Of a stretch of 64,000 nt of DNA, positions 12,866 to 26,100 are shown in pieces. The stretch comes from Patellaria atrata CBS 101060 (lineage: Eukaryota): NCBI GenBank assembly GCA_010093705.1, contig MU006091.1, positions 1,488,001-1,552,000 on the forward strand, written 5' to 3'. Numbering within the stretch: position 1 is the first letter of the stretch; each line of letters begins with the position of its first letter. A model generated the notes under the pieces. The model made no database searches. It had not been told where the DNA came from and saw only the letters and a program-made list of their open reading frames with translations. The translations under genes were made by a program, and so were the position numbers.

Positions 12866-13689
12866 CTTGCTGTCGACAATAGAGGGTGGAGAGGCAGGGA
12901 GCAGCGAGATACGCAAATGACGTTTGCATATATGGTGTTCAGAACTGGAGATGGGTGATTTAAGAAGGGAAGATGATTGGGAAGTGTCATAAGATAATGA
13001 TTGTAATTCGAGTACTGAAGGTCACACGGGCGACTTGCAATTAGCTATTGTAAAATTTTGTCTATTAGGCACGGCGAACTACAAACAACCCACAATGAGA
13101 ATTCCGCACCCCAATAGTTCGCTTTACATTGATCTACGTGGACAGTTACTGGAAAGAGAACCTCAGTCTTGCGATTGAAATCAGCAACTTGACATAAGGA
13201 CTAAGTGTTCCTATATACCCTAAATCCACCCTTATAGAGCTATACTGACGCGTTCTCGACTGCTCCATCAAAATCAAAAATGTGTGGGCAGTTCAAATTT
13301 CATCTAGATGCTTCCCCCTTTTTGTCTCATTACCCCTGAATCCGTCCTCAAAATATTTTGTTGCGCAAACTCCTCCACCATCGAAACTTGGAAAGTTAGA
13401 ATAGCAATATACTGCCCCACAACACGTTTATGGACAGCGAAAAGATCTAAAGACGCTTTCCGTATTCGTTTTACGACTAAAAGCATACTGCACCGTCAAG
13501 CCGTTCCCCGTCAATGCGAAACAGCATAGCAAAAGCCCTATGAAACCGTCTCGAAACTCTTCAGCGCAAGTAGAAACTCATTTTACAGGAGATATTGTGT
13601 GGGGAAAGGGGAAGACGGTACTTAAAAGATCATTCAGCATAAACCTTGTTGTAGCAAGTTGTACAGGCTATACTTTGGGAGTGATTCCA

Positions 13690-15005
13690 GATATATATAT
13701 ATATTTTAAATCCATTGTATTGCATTATCTACAATACTGCGCATGCAGCCTCTTGGGCTATGGCGCTACTCTTCTATCTACATAAATCCCTATTCTAGGG
13801 CAATAATATGTCTAGTGAGAGTGTCTGAGGATTGAAGGTCCCCAGTTGTTCATACTTTGCAGTCTAATCCAAGCATTAGAAAAGCTGAACCAACTCCACT
13901 ATATCCTTTGCTCTTCAATTCTCCGCATTATATATCGATCTAATTTTTCCCCTGTACGCTATCATTTTTAATATATTTCTTGTTCTTCATTGATTTCTCT
14001 TTTATGTAGCAGCCAGTTAGCTGTTGAGATTTATATACTATGTATTGGAAGAGTACTTCTTTCCCCTTCTCTGTACAAAAGAGTTTTGTTAATGTTATTC
14101 TTGACTTTAGCTGCTTTTCCATGATTTTTCGTTCCTTGGAGTAATGTTTGCAGTGAAAAATCAGATGTCTTGGGGTTTGGATAAACCTGGAGTCTGCAAA
14201 ACATTTCCCTTCAGTATCCTTTCCAATTCTCTTGGAGTATGACTTGAAGAAGCCTGCTCCACTCTTCAGCTGAAAGAATGCTGCTTGAGTCCTCTTTGGA
14301 TATTTTGGGATTGATGAAAATGAGATTGCTGCTCTACACACTTGGGTGTAATGCTTCCCTTATCTTCTAGGGTTTGTTTCCCATTGCTTTTTCTAATCTT
14401 TTATGATCTTTTCTCTACTCATACGTTTCAGGTGGCTAAGTGAGGTGAATGATGCTTCTACAGATTTCCTTTCTAGTCTAAGTTTGGCCAGTTTATCTGC
14501 CAGCTCATTGCCAAAGATGCCTTTGTGGCTTGGGACCCAGCTGAAATTGACATTCATGCCCCATTCTGCTGTCAGGATGTCATACTGATTGCCTATCAGT
14601 GTGACCAGTTCTTGTCCTCCTTCGAGGCAGTTCTTCTGTAGTCTTTTATTTGCTGCTTGGCTATAAATAAAGATACAAACTGTTTGGGAAGTTGATTGTC
14701 CCTTTTCTTGTTCTTTTCTTTTCCTTTCCATTGCCTTAAGCACTGGAAAGAGCTCTGCATCCATGATTTCAATGCTATCTCCCAGGTTCCAGTTGCTAGC
14801 AAACAGAATTAAGTTGTCTTTGCTTATTTTACACGCTCCTTTACCCCCTGATATTTTATATGTAAAGGAAAGTCAACGTTTAAACTCCATACAAAGGAAA
14901 TTATTGGAAAACCGTCTTTCTTCCTCTTTACCATCTCTTTTCTATTTTCAGTTCTATGCCATACTTCTTGTTCTCTTTTGTAGACTCTAAACTTCTACTC
15001 TATCT
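13690..15005 (-). mobile_element. 5'-truncated non-LTR retrotransposon (Tad1-like LINE): RNase H, C-terminal Cys/His domain and 3' UTR
   Basis: RNase H motifs DAEL..VLKA, IFIYSQAA and WVPSHKGIFGNELADKLAK; then QLKSG..FFKSY..RIG...KC...QTPRHLIFHC. Ends in an (AT)n tail and is homologous to 50045-50843. Confidence 0.9.
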
Positions 15006-18000
15006 ATATGCGAACGTGGTGTATAAACTTGGAATTGCCTTTGGGGTGGATTTGGAAATACTTCTGTTTAACAGAGCAATCCGATAATTCTAGGCTACCC
15101 CGCACATCGCGGACGAGCTCACATGGTGTAGAAGCACGTGGATGGGAAGGGTTTTTGGACTTTCCATATATATGTGGTGGGAGCAAATCTACACAATTTG
15201 GAAAACGGAGATGGACAGAATAAAAGTGTTAATATCTCGCGAACTATCTGTGCTCCTGTGCAATCCTAAATACTATGTCCAACCAAACATCCCAAATCCT
15301 CCGACTAGTAGTACAATGATGATTAATTGTAAGAAGACTACATAATGAATCCTCCTTCCCTTTTGTGCAGGCGGTACAGTTGTGCCAGTATATATAACCT
15401 TGCACTCGCAAGCTTCTCGTGAGATTTTGATTATCCAGAGCGTCATCGAGAACGGTAGGAGGCGAGGTAGGAAGGATTCTTGAGTTCTAAGTTATGAGTC
15501 TAGAGGATTATCGGTCTTAGATGAGATCTGCTACTTGAACTAAAAGTTAGCAACGCGGTCTCGAAAGCGGTAGAGTGGGTCGTTAGAGTTGGAACTGATC
15601 TGTTTTCGAATCAAGACTCCGTGACGCCATAAAAGCCGGTCTGGGAGATTGAGGGAGCGTTCCGTGAGAATGTGGTGGCTGAAAAGAAGTTTGAGAAGCA
15701 GATTGAAGTGTAGGCCCTTATATGATGTTGAAGTTTAAAGTATACGTTAAACGACACATATATCACTATTTAAGATGGATGATAGACGCAGAAACCTAGT
15801 ACATTATCCATACTATGATCTCGTTGGAAGGTCGTATGTTTTAAACTACCAGCTGTTTGAAAATGGCTTGTGTTTGAAACTTCCTTCAATAGCCTCCTAG
15901 CTGGTCAGATCTGTCAGTTTTCTACCGACGTCTTTATCCTAAGGAAAAACAGAATGATAAGATATATGTTTCAAAGAAGTTAAGGAAGGAAAGCAGAGCT
16001 TTCTAAGGTTAAGTATCGATGCGTTCAATGACCGATCGGGGCTAACACTGTTCAAGCATCAGGAAGTAGACACGCATAGGGTGGTAAAAGTGGCCACGCC
16101 TCAAGGAATCTGGTATTTATCTGGCACTTGAAGTGTAGAGGTATCATAACCTTTATCGTAGCTTCTAGATGGGGAGAAGGATGTCTGAGTTTTCTAATTA
16201 CGGTCCTATGGGGAGATACAGCTGTCAGTTCCTATGACATATCGTGAATTCTGCCAAATTGAGCTGATCTTGGAGAATCTTCAACAAGTCTTCCGCAAAA
16301 GTCTATTCAGTATAACAAATTGATCCTTCCTTTTAATGGTTTCAAGTGAAGCTCTACTCTTTTCAAGTTACCTTCAGATTTCTCTCTCTTTTGAGGGAGT
16401 GTCAAGGAATTGGATCTACGAAATGGTCGAGACCTTCTGGATATCTAGATTCATTGTCATGAGGTTACCAGCTTAAAAAGCACACGCAGAACCGTGATGA
16501 GCAGAATGTAGAGGCAATTCATTAAATTCATTGCTTTCAACGAGCATCACAGGTTATCTTCATAGTGTTCAAAGGGCCTATGGTTACCTCAGCAACAAGT
16601 AGTCTGAACGGGGCCCTCGGCGCGATCCAGCTCAACTCAAATTCTGCCGTTCTCTTATTCGAAGACGCGCCCTGCTGTACCTTTTACAACTCATAATAGC
16701 ATCACACAACCCTTTTCAGTTGGATCACTCTCTCGCTCAAACTCCCCAAAACCCACCACTTCTTTCAAGAGCAGCAGTATCACATATCTTTTATGTATTT
16801 GCTAGAATAGTGGGCTTTAAATGCAATCAGTTGCATGTCGCTTGTTTCCGCTGGTTCGGACGCGATTCTAGAGACTTGATGTTTGTTCACGGTCATCTAC
16901 ACAACATCGGCCATCAGCTTTACACTAGAACTCGCAAGCAGTGCCACAATAGCAAAGTATGCCTCGTCACATTATAGGAATAGAATCATCTACGACGGTC
17001 TTATTTTTGGAAGGGTTGACTGATGCGCATCTCACTCTACGATATCTCGGCCGGTGAAGCTCGGGCTCCGGAAGACATTACCGAATTCAATAGAGCTGAT
17101 ATGGTCCGCTTGAAGTTAACTACTCGTACGTATATTTCATCTAAGAGTTAAAAATCCAACGTAGAACTCATCACTAATGGTTCGACATTAGTTTATATCA
17201 GCTTCTCCACTGTCTGCCGACTTTTACGTCAGCGAGACCTTACCATAATGCAACTCCTTGTAAGCATCGGAAGCCGTCCCACAAAAGAACCCACAGAAAA
17301 CCTGCTTACGAAAGAATATTTCTCCAATGTAGACAAATACTAGAGGAAACTTAACGACCATAACAAAATCGAAGGCAAAGTAATGCAGGATCTAGCGGCT
17401 CCCAGATCCATCTATCTGTTCACATAACCTTCAAAACCTGCCTTTCCTTCATGCAAATCTGATTGGTTGATGGATTTGATACAACCGAGCACTAAGTCTA
17501 CTGCCTGAATCAATTCGACAAATATGTTCCAATGGTTTCCACAGGCATAACCTCTACACCACAACAGCTTCATAACAGGCTTCGGCAAACAGTTGTATAC
17601 TAAAGGAACTACGATGTCAGATCCAGTATTTCAGTCTCTGCTCACGGAGACATTTCAAAAGCAAAGAGCAAGACCATCCCCCCCCTGCGGCTCCATTAAA
17701 CAGTAGCCTCTGTTTGAGGAAAATAAACGATTGCTATCAGTTCTTCCAAGTCAAACCCCACCTCAGCCTAGAGCCTCAACGATGAATTCGCACCACCTCA
17801 AGGCCCGACCTGCTCGTTTCGACGGTTCTGGAAAGGCGCTCGGACAACATCGGTTACAGAAGAAACTTTGGATAACCGGCTCATATGATGACATAGCGCA
17901 AACTACGATCTACACAGCTCCTGCTTGGCTTACGCTTCATTGAAAATAGCGTCAAGCCATTCAAATCCCTCTAAGGTGGCGTGTGCTACGCTTGGTGATC

Positions 18001-18310
18001 TCTTTCTATATTTATGTTCTCATCGCCCTTCTCAACCTTCGCTGCGGAGACGAAGCGGTTATGGATTTTTAATCCCATCAAATCCCCCCCCTAGTGGTGT
18101 TCATGTTTTCGACCGGGAGAGTGACTCCTCCCTGGACAGAAGGACTGCAAAACAAACAGTATTACCTGTAGAGAAGGTACTGATTAGGTCCTTCGCAGTG
18201 TTAGAACATCATATTATCGACCGCGATGTAACTTTCACTGGAGAAAAACAAATTCTTAAGGGATTTGGAATGCGGTCTACCATTATTTACCACTGGTACT
18301 AATATCCATG

Positions 18311-18376
18311 GATAAGGATGAAATTAACGTTACTGTCCTCGGATACAAGGATGAGCGTAACATTGCCATCCTCGGT
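18311..18376 (+). repeat. 33-bp imperfect tandem duplication (DKDEINVTVLG/YKDERNIAILG)
   Basis: gataaggatgaaattaacgttactgtcctcgga followed by tacaaggatgagcgtaacattgccatcctcggt. Confidence 0.7.
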
Positions 18377-20159
18377 AGAAGAGAAAAGTCCCCTAATTCA
18401 GCCGATGGCCTTGCATCCCGCCAAAAGGATACTATGGAAGTGGAAGAATAAGCAATCAAGAAGAAGAATCTGCAATTAAGAAAGGGCAGGGAGATCGACC
18501 GCTTCGGGGAGATAGAATGCTCTCTCTAGAAGAGATGTATCTAGAAAATCGAATCTCTGTTCGACAAAATCTCAAACTTGCGTGACGGAAGATGTGAAGA
18601 GACTGATTTAACGACAAAGGTTTAGCCTACAAAGAATATCAAGGACGTTGGATAGAAGGTAAGCGAAAATATCAAATCAGTAAACGTGAACTCAAGCTGA
18701 CAGGGTTCGGTGACTAATCTAGGGAGAAGGAACAGAAGAGAGCAGCAGGAGAAGATTCGAAAAGATGTGATGGTAACGAGCTGATGCATAATGAACTAAA
18801 AGGAATGATTCCAGGGGCGCAATCAATTCAAGGATATCAACGATACACAGAGGATGAAGCCAAGTTGCGAAGACGCGAAGACTTTAGAGCGAGCCGGGAA
18901 ATCGAAGAGCGAAGATCGTATGGAATGAGAAAAAGAAGACGAAAGGACAAGAAAAGGATCAATCCATGGAAAATAGTTATGGACGAATGACTGAAGACGC
19001 GGAGAGAAATGCTAATCGCAAACTAGAGAGTGGAATATCAGAATTAAAAGATGTAGTACGTTTCAATAACATGAAAGAGATAGTTAGGACCAAAGGTAGA
19101 AAAGAGGATAGTATGACCCACAATCAATAAATGAATAGGAATGGAAACATGTCAGTAGAGGAGAAAAGAAGGTAAGACGTCAACCAAATACGCTAGTAAG
19201 ATACTGATTCACGCATGCTTGTACACGCAATACGGAAAATAAATGGCTTAGACTACGAGGAGGAAAGGATACCAGAGACCTAAAACGATGAGTGACAACC
19301 GCACACGTAAAAGAGAAGGAAAAGCTCTTAAAGACCCGAGGCGCTAACGTGGAAGCACAGATCTCAGAGACAAGAAGCACGCACCCGGAAAATGACTTGT
19401 GAGATAAGGAGTAATGCAAGAAAATGATATAAGCAAGAGCTAATTGAGGAGATCAGTAAGAACCAAAGGTTCGAGCGAGACTGAATAACCTAGACGGAAT
19501 TAACAGAAAGGTTCCGCACAACAAGCACGAGATACGAAGCAATATCGAAAGTGTACCCGTAAACAACAAATTACGATACTGATGAGAAGAAAAGACACTC
19601 ATAACGCTGACAAAGGCACTCTGACCCATATCGGAGCGGAAGGGTTAACTTCACTATTGTGAGCAGGTATTAGATAGGGAACAGAAAAGAACCCTAGAAA
19701 GTAAAGGACAACACGAGAGCTTAGATATCTGCACGAGATAGCAACAATAAGAACAAGTAGGATGTCTTCGATATTGAAACAAACCGCATTCAAAACGCTG
19801 GAGGATCAGAAGACGAAAGACTAGAGAAAAGACGAGGGATAAATGTACCAAGTTCAAGGGATTATACAATAACTCTATAGATAGAAAATAATGAGGTAAG
19901 TAACTGACGCAGAAAGATTCGAGTTCGACAGTAGGACAAATGCTAAGCTGGAGAGGTTAGAAATCGAACAGGAACAGAGTTAAAGAAGTTTAAAGTAGGC
20001 GGGAAGGACAACAAAAGACTTTGCGCTATACTAAAGGTTCAAGTTCAAAGAAGCGCTAGTGCGGAGAAACGGATCAGTGTAGCACAGCGGACTGAATATA
20101 TGAAAAATGATAGAATGTAGGAGAAGGACTAGAGCAGAACCAAATTTGAGAAGCAAGAC

Positions 20160-20330
20160 CGGATTTAGATGCAAGAAGATATTCAAACGCAAAAAGATAT
20201 TCAGACGAAAGAAGCAATTCAGATGCAAGAGAAAATTCAGCCGCAAGACTAGATCCACACGAGGAATTTCAGACGCAAGAAGAGATTGACATACCGGAGC
20301 AGATTCATACGCAAGAATAGAGTGAAACAG
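20160..20330 (+). repeat. Degenerate 18-bp coding repeat (IQ[TM]Q[ED]x)
   Basis: ATTCAGACG/ATTCAAACG/ATTCAGATG recur at ~18-nt spacing. Confidence 0.7.
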
Positions 20331-22092
20331 AAGATTGGACGAACAAGGAATAACGAATCGTAAAGGATTCACGGATAGAAAGAAGAAGATCCGAAGGAGA
20401 GGATAGAGTAAATTGATCCTAGAGAGTACGGCGAGAGAAGTACCCAGCGCAAAGCAAAAGATTGAGGCTAGTAAGAGAATCACAAGAGATGATGGAATTG
20501 AACGAAACGATACGCTCGGATGAAACGATACGCTTGAACGCAGTAATCGAGTTGGACGCATGAAGGTTTAGAAATGAGACCGAGAAAAGACTTAGGGGAG
20601 ACACCAGATACAACGAAAGGTCCAAAACAAAAGACAAGATGAATGTAAAACCACACCGTGAAGCGAGGTGGCATCCAGAACTCAAGGCTACAGCGCAAAC
20701 AACAGGAAAGAACGAATATTGGAACGACGCAGGATTGCAGCGATGAAACTGAACAAATAAACCGAATAAGCGCAGATATAAGAGCAACGCAGATACCAGA
20801 GCAGCGCAAAATGCAGAAGAAAACTGATAGACGAAGCAAGATGAAGGCTAAAACGAAATGATAAGACAAAGACGAGAATTTAAACAACGCTGAATACACA
20901 GAGCAAGAGATTGAAACAAGGACAGAGGAGATCCAAACACATAGGGTAGATATCAGATTGAATTCACAGAAAGCTGGCCAAGACTAAAATCGCAGGATAA
21001 AAGTAAGGAACGAAATAAAGACGGAAGGCTAGAGTAAGACATAAGGACCACACAAGGGATAGGAGACTGACAGCAATGACAAAGTATAAGGACGGAACTC
21101 AGGCGCGAGCAGGAGAGACAGAACACGGAAAGAAAAGCAAAGGACAAAGCATAGGACATGCAACACGAGACGCAGAATATGACGCAGGAGAAGATGTAGG
21201 AACGCAAATGAGCCACAATAAACGTAGAACAAGATCAGAGGGAAAACGGAAGTTTAGAGACAGGCCTAGAGACGAGAGTAAAGAGACAAGAGACAGAGTA
21301 GTAATCAACGCAAATCAAGAGATTGAAAGTCGCAAAGCAAGAGAAAGAGAGAGAAAGGGATGAATAAATAATGGAAGGTGGAGAAGAGAGATAGTAATGA
21401 CAGATCAAGAAAGTAAACACGCAGGCATGAGACCGAAATGTAGCGCTAGAGTGGAGACAGTAGGAAAAAAAGTATTGGAACAAAAGCCGAGCAAAGGAAT
21501 AGTGACTATAGGTGAAAAGTAAGTGGATAACGCAGAAGGAACGCAGAATGAAACAGAGAACGAAATCGAACGACTGGAGCAGAATGACGGAAGAAGGTAA
21601 GACAATAGAAGCGATATAAAGATTAGACAGTCGCAGGATGAGATATTCAAGCAAGACAGAAGCCCAAAGTATGAATGCAAGACTAAGCACAGAGGACGAA
21701 ATCAAAGCAGAGATTTGGGAAAGACGAAAAATTAAGGTAAGCAAGCTAAGAGACCAGACAAAGAATATACTGAAGGTATAGAGCATGGAAATGAAACACG
21801 CAGACAGATGAGAGAACTCGCAGGACAAGAGAGAAAACACGCAGAACAGGAACCGAAATACGTAGGCAAGAGATTGAGACACGCAAAACAAGAGTAAAGA
21901 CTAAATTAAGACAGAAGACTAGAGCCGGATGAAAGGACAAACTAAACCCAGAATAAAAAACCAAACACTCAAAGGAGGACGAGACTAAGACAGGAAGCAA
22001 GACAGAAAACCAAGAAAGGGGCTAAGGACAAAAGGAGGAGACTGAAACACGCGACGCCGGAGACGCAGGGCCGAAGACACAATGAGACGCGA

Positions 22093-22290
22093 ACGCAAGA
22101 TGAGAAGCAGACGCAAGATGAGAAGCAGACTCAAGATGAGACACAGACGCAAGAGGAGACACAGACGCAAGAGGAGACACAGACGCAAGAGGAGACGCAG
22201 ACGCAAGATGAGAAATAAACGCAAGATTAGAAGCGGACGCAAGATGAGACGCAGACACAAGATAAGACGCAGACGAAGACGAAGATGAGA
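22093..22290 (+). repeat. 18-bp minisatellite, ~10 copies (ACGCAAGA[TG]GAGA[AC][GA]CAG)
   Basis: Directly visible. Translates as TQDEKQ/TQEETQ with mostly synonymous or conservative variation in that frame. Confidence 0.92.
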
Positions 22291-22719
22291 AACAGACGTA
22301 GAATGAGATGTGAGGACGAAATGAGACGCACACAAGACGCAGAATGAGACGAATGGGAGGAAAGAAAAAAGATGGGAGGGAAAGGCACAAAGAGGACACG
22401 CAGGAAGGGGACACGCAGAAAGAAACGAGATGACTCGCAGAACGATAAGGCGAAGGAAAACACAGAAGAAGATGAAAGAGACGAATGCAGGGCAACAAAA
22501 GGAAGACGAGAAGGAGAAAGCCAAACGCAAGATAGACGAGAAAGAGCAAAGCAGGAAAATAGAGTAGAAGATAGGAGGTTAGGAAAGAGAGAAGAGAGGA
22601 TCGAGAACGCAAAACAAGAGAGACTAAAGGACGCAGAAGGAGAGTACGAAGAGAAGAACAAGAGACTAGAAGTGTAAAACAGAAGACTGGAAGAAAACAA
22701 AAGAGAGAACGAAAAGAGT

Positions 22720-23140
22720 ATTTCCTCCACTCTACCACCACCCAACGTTACGGTTTCCCAAGCGAAGACGCAGCAACAGTCCCGAAGGACAGTCCCCAGA
22801 GCCACCTTGTGTGTTCCTCCGATCTTCCACCTTGTTTGCCTCCACTAGCACTATGGTTCCCCAGGCGGTTCCATAGCACCCGTCCGCATGGGACTTCCGA
22901 CCAGATACTACAAGTTCCCAAGCAAAGTTGTAGCAAAAGTCCCGGAGGACAACCCCCAGAGTCACCTTGTGTGTTCCTCCACTCTACCACCTTATTTTCC
23001 ACCACTGGCATTGTGGTCTCCCAAGCGATTCCACAACAACCCCCAATGGGACCTCAATTTGACACGACGGTTTCCCAAACAAAACCGAAGTCATAGCCCT
23101 TAAGGACAGTCCCAAGTGCCACTTGATGTTTGTTACTCCG
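22720..23140 (+). repeat. ~160-bp tandem repeat, ~2.5 degenerate copies
   Basis: CACCTTGTGTGTTCCTCC at ~22803 and ~22963; GGACAGTCCC/GGACAACCCC at ~22787, ~22947 and ~23104; GGTTTCCCAA at ~22752 and ~23069. Confidence 0.8.
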
Positions 23141-26100
23141 TCTAATGTTGCGGTCGCACAAGTGATCCCGTCACCTTGTTTGACCCGGAGGTTTTGCATG
23201 CATCCAGCTGATGAAGGGATGCAAGTTGAATGACGAGATGATTTCGACATCTCTAGGAATGCAACGACTGAAGAATATGAGAGACGTTTGAATACAAAAT
23301 GATTCATGACATTGGTACTATTGAAGATATTGATTTCAGACGGACGAGTATGTCATAGCCTCAAGCCGATGCGATGGTTTGGATCCACACCTTATGAGCA
23401 TCACAAACCGTTTCGTGCTCATTTCCTGGTTGGGTTGATTGTTACTAGATCTCTTTCCACTACGCAAAGACCTATGGCATTCATGACCCCATATACCCAA
23501 GTTTCTGTGAGACAGATTGATGTTGGGATGGAAAAAGGGGTTCGGTTCGGTTCGGTTCCTAGCGGGACTGTGCATGACTCGCAGTGTTGCCATGGTTGAA
23601 GGATCCGCTAAAGGTGCCCAAGTTCAAGCTTCTTCAGACGACACCGCAGGAACATGAGTTTAACGACTTGTATTGCGCTCAACCGGAACCTTATAGCATT
23701 AGAAGAGACACTGGCCGAACCCTGAGATGTAATATGGGTAACCGCGGCATGTTGAAGTCTTTCTTGTTGTGAAAGCGCCAGAACGTTGCTATGCCAGTAC
23801 AAGGACTGGTATCGACGATGAGGATGGACATTGGGATCGCAGCACGTCCATGCTTGTTGTTGGGCTGAGGATGACTGTTGCATATGTCGTCTGTATCCGA
23901 GTATGGATGTAGAATTGTTCCAGGCTAGAGAGGTTGCGCCTATTACTCGCAAGTCCTTGTTTGGGCCAGACGAGGATATGAAGGGCGGTAAAGAGGTGGC
24001 TGATGTATCCTGTGAGTGATCTCTTTGAGCGGTGCAGCGACGCTACTTATATGTAACAGTTGTCCCTTGCGTCGAAGGATGGGCGTTTGCGAATTACCCT
24101 AAAGTGTGTCAGTACATTGCGATTCGATCAAAGGCGGCAGGTACTTACGATTAACTAGATGATACCGAGTTGGAACCCCGGATGGCGCAAAGTGTATACA
24201 AAACGTTGTATGGTATCGGCGTTGTGTACAAAATAAGTCCATGAAGCGCAAGGCGGGGATGCCATAAGATGGTCACACCAGAGGACAACAGAGAGAGCGG
24301 ATACCAGAGCATGTCCAAGGCTTGATATGTCGAGGATATCTCTAAAGAATCCCTTCAACTGTATGGATATCGTCTAGTGCCGCAAGGAATAGCGGACATC
24401 CAGCGGGTATGACTTTGCTTTGCGACAGTGAGGTGTATTCTTGTGTGTCAATGGATTCATGCCAAAGTCTTTCGGGAACGACCTTAGTTAAGCTTGAAGA
24501 TAAATGAGGAAGAGTTAGTGGAGATCCCCGTCCATGCTATTACCTGTCGGCAAGATGCCACGAGGTGGCGAGACAAGACATAAGAGATGAGAGTTACTCG
24601 CCTTGAGGACCGCAAGTCCAATCACTTATGTGCTGAAGATTGTAAGAGGCATTGAGCTGTGCCGTATGGTTTGCGATGATGATGGAGGTGTGCTGCTGTT
24701 GCGAGGAAGAGTTAGCTTGGATACGTCCGCCTTCGATGAAGCCTTCGGTCTTCGATGCGCTAGAGGCCAACAGCATCGACACAACTCGGGAGATTAACAT
24801 TTCGAGGCCCGGAAGTCTTCGAGGAAGGGATATAAATGCTCAAAACGCGAGTTCCATCGATGTTCGTCGAGGTTTGCTCATGTTTTGGTGTCGAAGGGAG
24901 AAAACTTACCCGGAGTCGCTTGCGACATGACCCTCGGATTCGATCAACGCCATCGATATAATCGATCTGTGTGAGGTATGAAGGCAATAGGACATTGCGA
25001 AATAATCCCATCATATTTTGGAAAGCGTCAGATCAATATTGGGGTGATGATGGTGAGCTTTGCGTCGGGTCAACCTCCGCAAGACCTCCGCAAAATCTCC
25101 GCCAAGACGTCAGGCCAGGTGTTCTCGAGGCAGAACGCGCTGCCGTGTGAGATTTGAGTCTCGGATGGCCTTTACCACGATGGGACAAAGCGATTCAAGC
25201 GGTTTCCAAGGAGAAATAGAGCGTGTTGGGGTTATGGGCGGCATGGAATAGATGCGGTTGTGGAGATGTTTTGAGGAAGAATTTGAGGGGAAGAAACAAC
25301 ACAAAAAGGCCCCCGCGCTGGAGATATCACCGACGTCATGCAGACCTCTCTCGCCGAAGCGTATGGCTGGCCTTCAATGCCGCGCCGTGCCTCCAACAAC
25401 GGGATTTGAGCATCGTTCATGGCAAGGCATTGTGCTCCTGAGGTCTTAGATCTATCCCAACAGGTTAAGAACGCAGTTCCTAGACCAAAGAACGTGTGAA
25501 GGCAGCTAAACGCTATTGTGCCCAACGCCAACGACCTTTTCTACTCTCTTATAATCCCCGCGCCACTTGGCAACGCTCCTCCGCTGCCTACAGAGGCTGC
25601 TTCAAAGCCCACCAGGCATTGCAACTTAGAACTACGGCCTCAGTTGTCTTTATGTGGAAAGTATCGTGAACAGCGTCATCATTCCAATCAAGCACGAAGC
25701 GTCGTACTTTCCCAAACCCTCCATCTACTTAGCGGATTGCCTCCGCTAAAGTGCCCATGAGACCCTCCTCCCAATCACCGAAGATAACACGCCTGTCCTT
25801 CAAGTATTTCTATCTCAAAAGCACCGCCTTGCTTTTGACGCTTTTGCACCTACACAATGCGAGTCTGGATTGCACAGTTTCCCGTCTGCGGACAGCGAAC
25901 TTTGGCACCATGCCGGTTTCACACTTCGCCGAGCTCAAGCGGAGGGGAGGTCTCCAAGCAGCCAAAACAGCTTCTACAGCAATGACGAGCCTCGAGTATA
26001 TGTCGGAGATACCACTAACCAGCGTAGTAACCCTTCCACATAAAGCTTTGCCTCAAAGCGTTCTGTCCTCACATTGTTCTTTTATGATTTGTATACAAAA

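Larger units (their letters stand above)
15400..24020 (+). pseudogene. Large decayed gene(s): long Q/E/T/K-rich repeat region followed by a Ulp1/peptidase C48-like relic
   Basis: About 4.4 kb of strongly purine-biased sequence (18.3-22.7 kb) with in-frame TQ(D/E)E(T/K)Q and IQTQED repeats. Then QLMKGCKLNDEMI (~23205-23245), AHFLVGLI (~23417), IHDP (~23480) and TPQEHEFND (~23641) in C48 order. Many stops and frameshifts; the 5' limit is uncertain. Confidence 0.45.

Noticed and set aside
15400..18300. Starship DUF3435 tyrosine-recombinase captain
   Set aside because: I could not identify the catalytic R/H/Y motifs by eye; an HMM search is needed.
22082..22288. Arg-rich protamine-like ORF (MRRERKMRSRRK...)
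   Set aside because: It is an alternative frame of the 18-bp repeat; the substitution pattern favours the TQDETQ frame.
22093..22290. CRISPR-like array
   Set aside because: The repeats are contiguous with no unique spacers, the genome is eukaryotic, and there are no cas genes.
20031..22805. Long hydrophobic Leu/Phe/Ser-rich minus-strand ORFs resembling membrane proteins
   Set aside because: They are antisense shadows of the purine-rich + strand tract.
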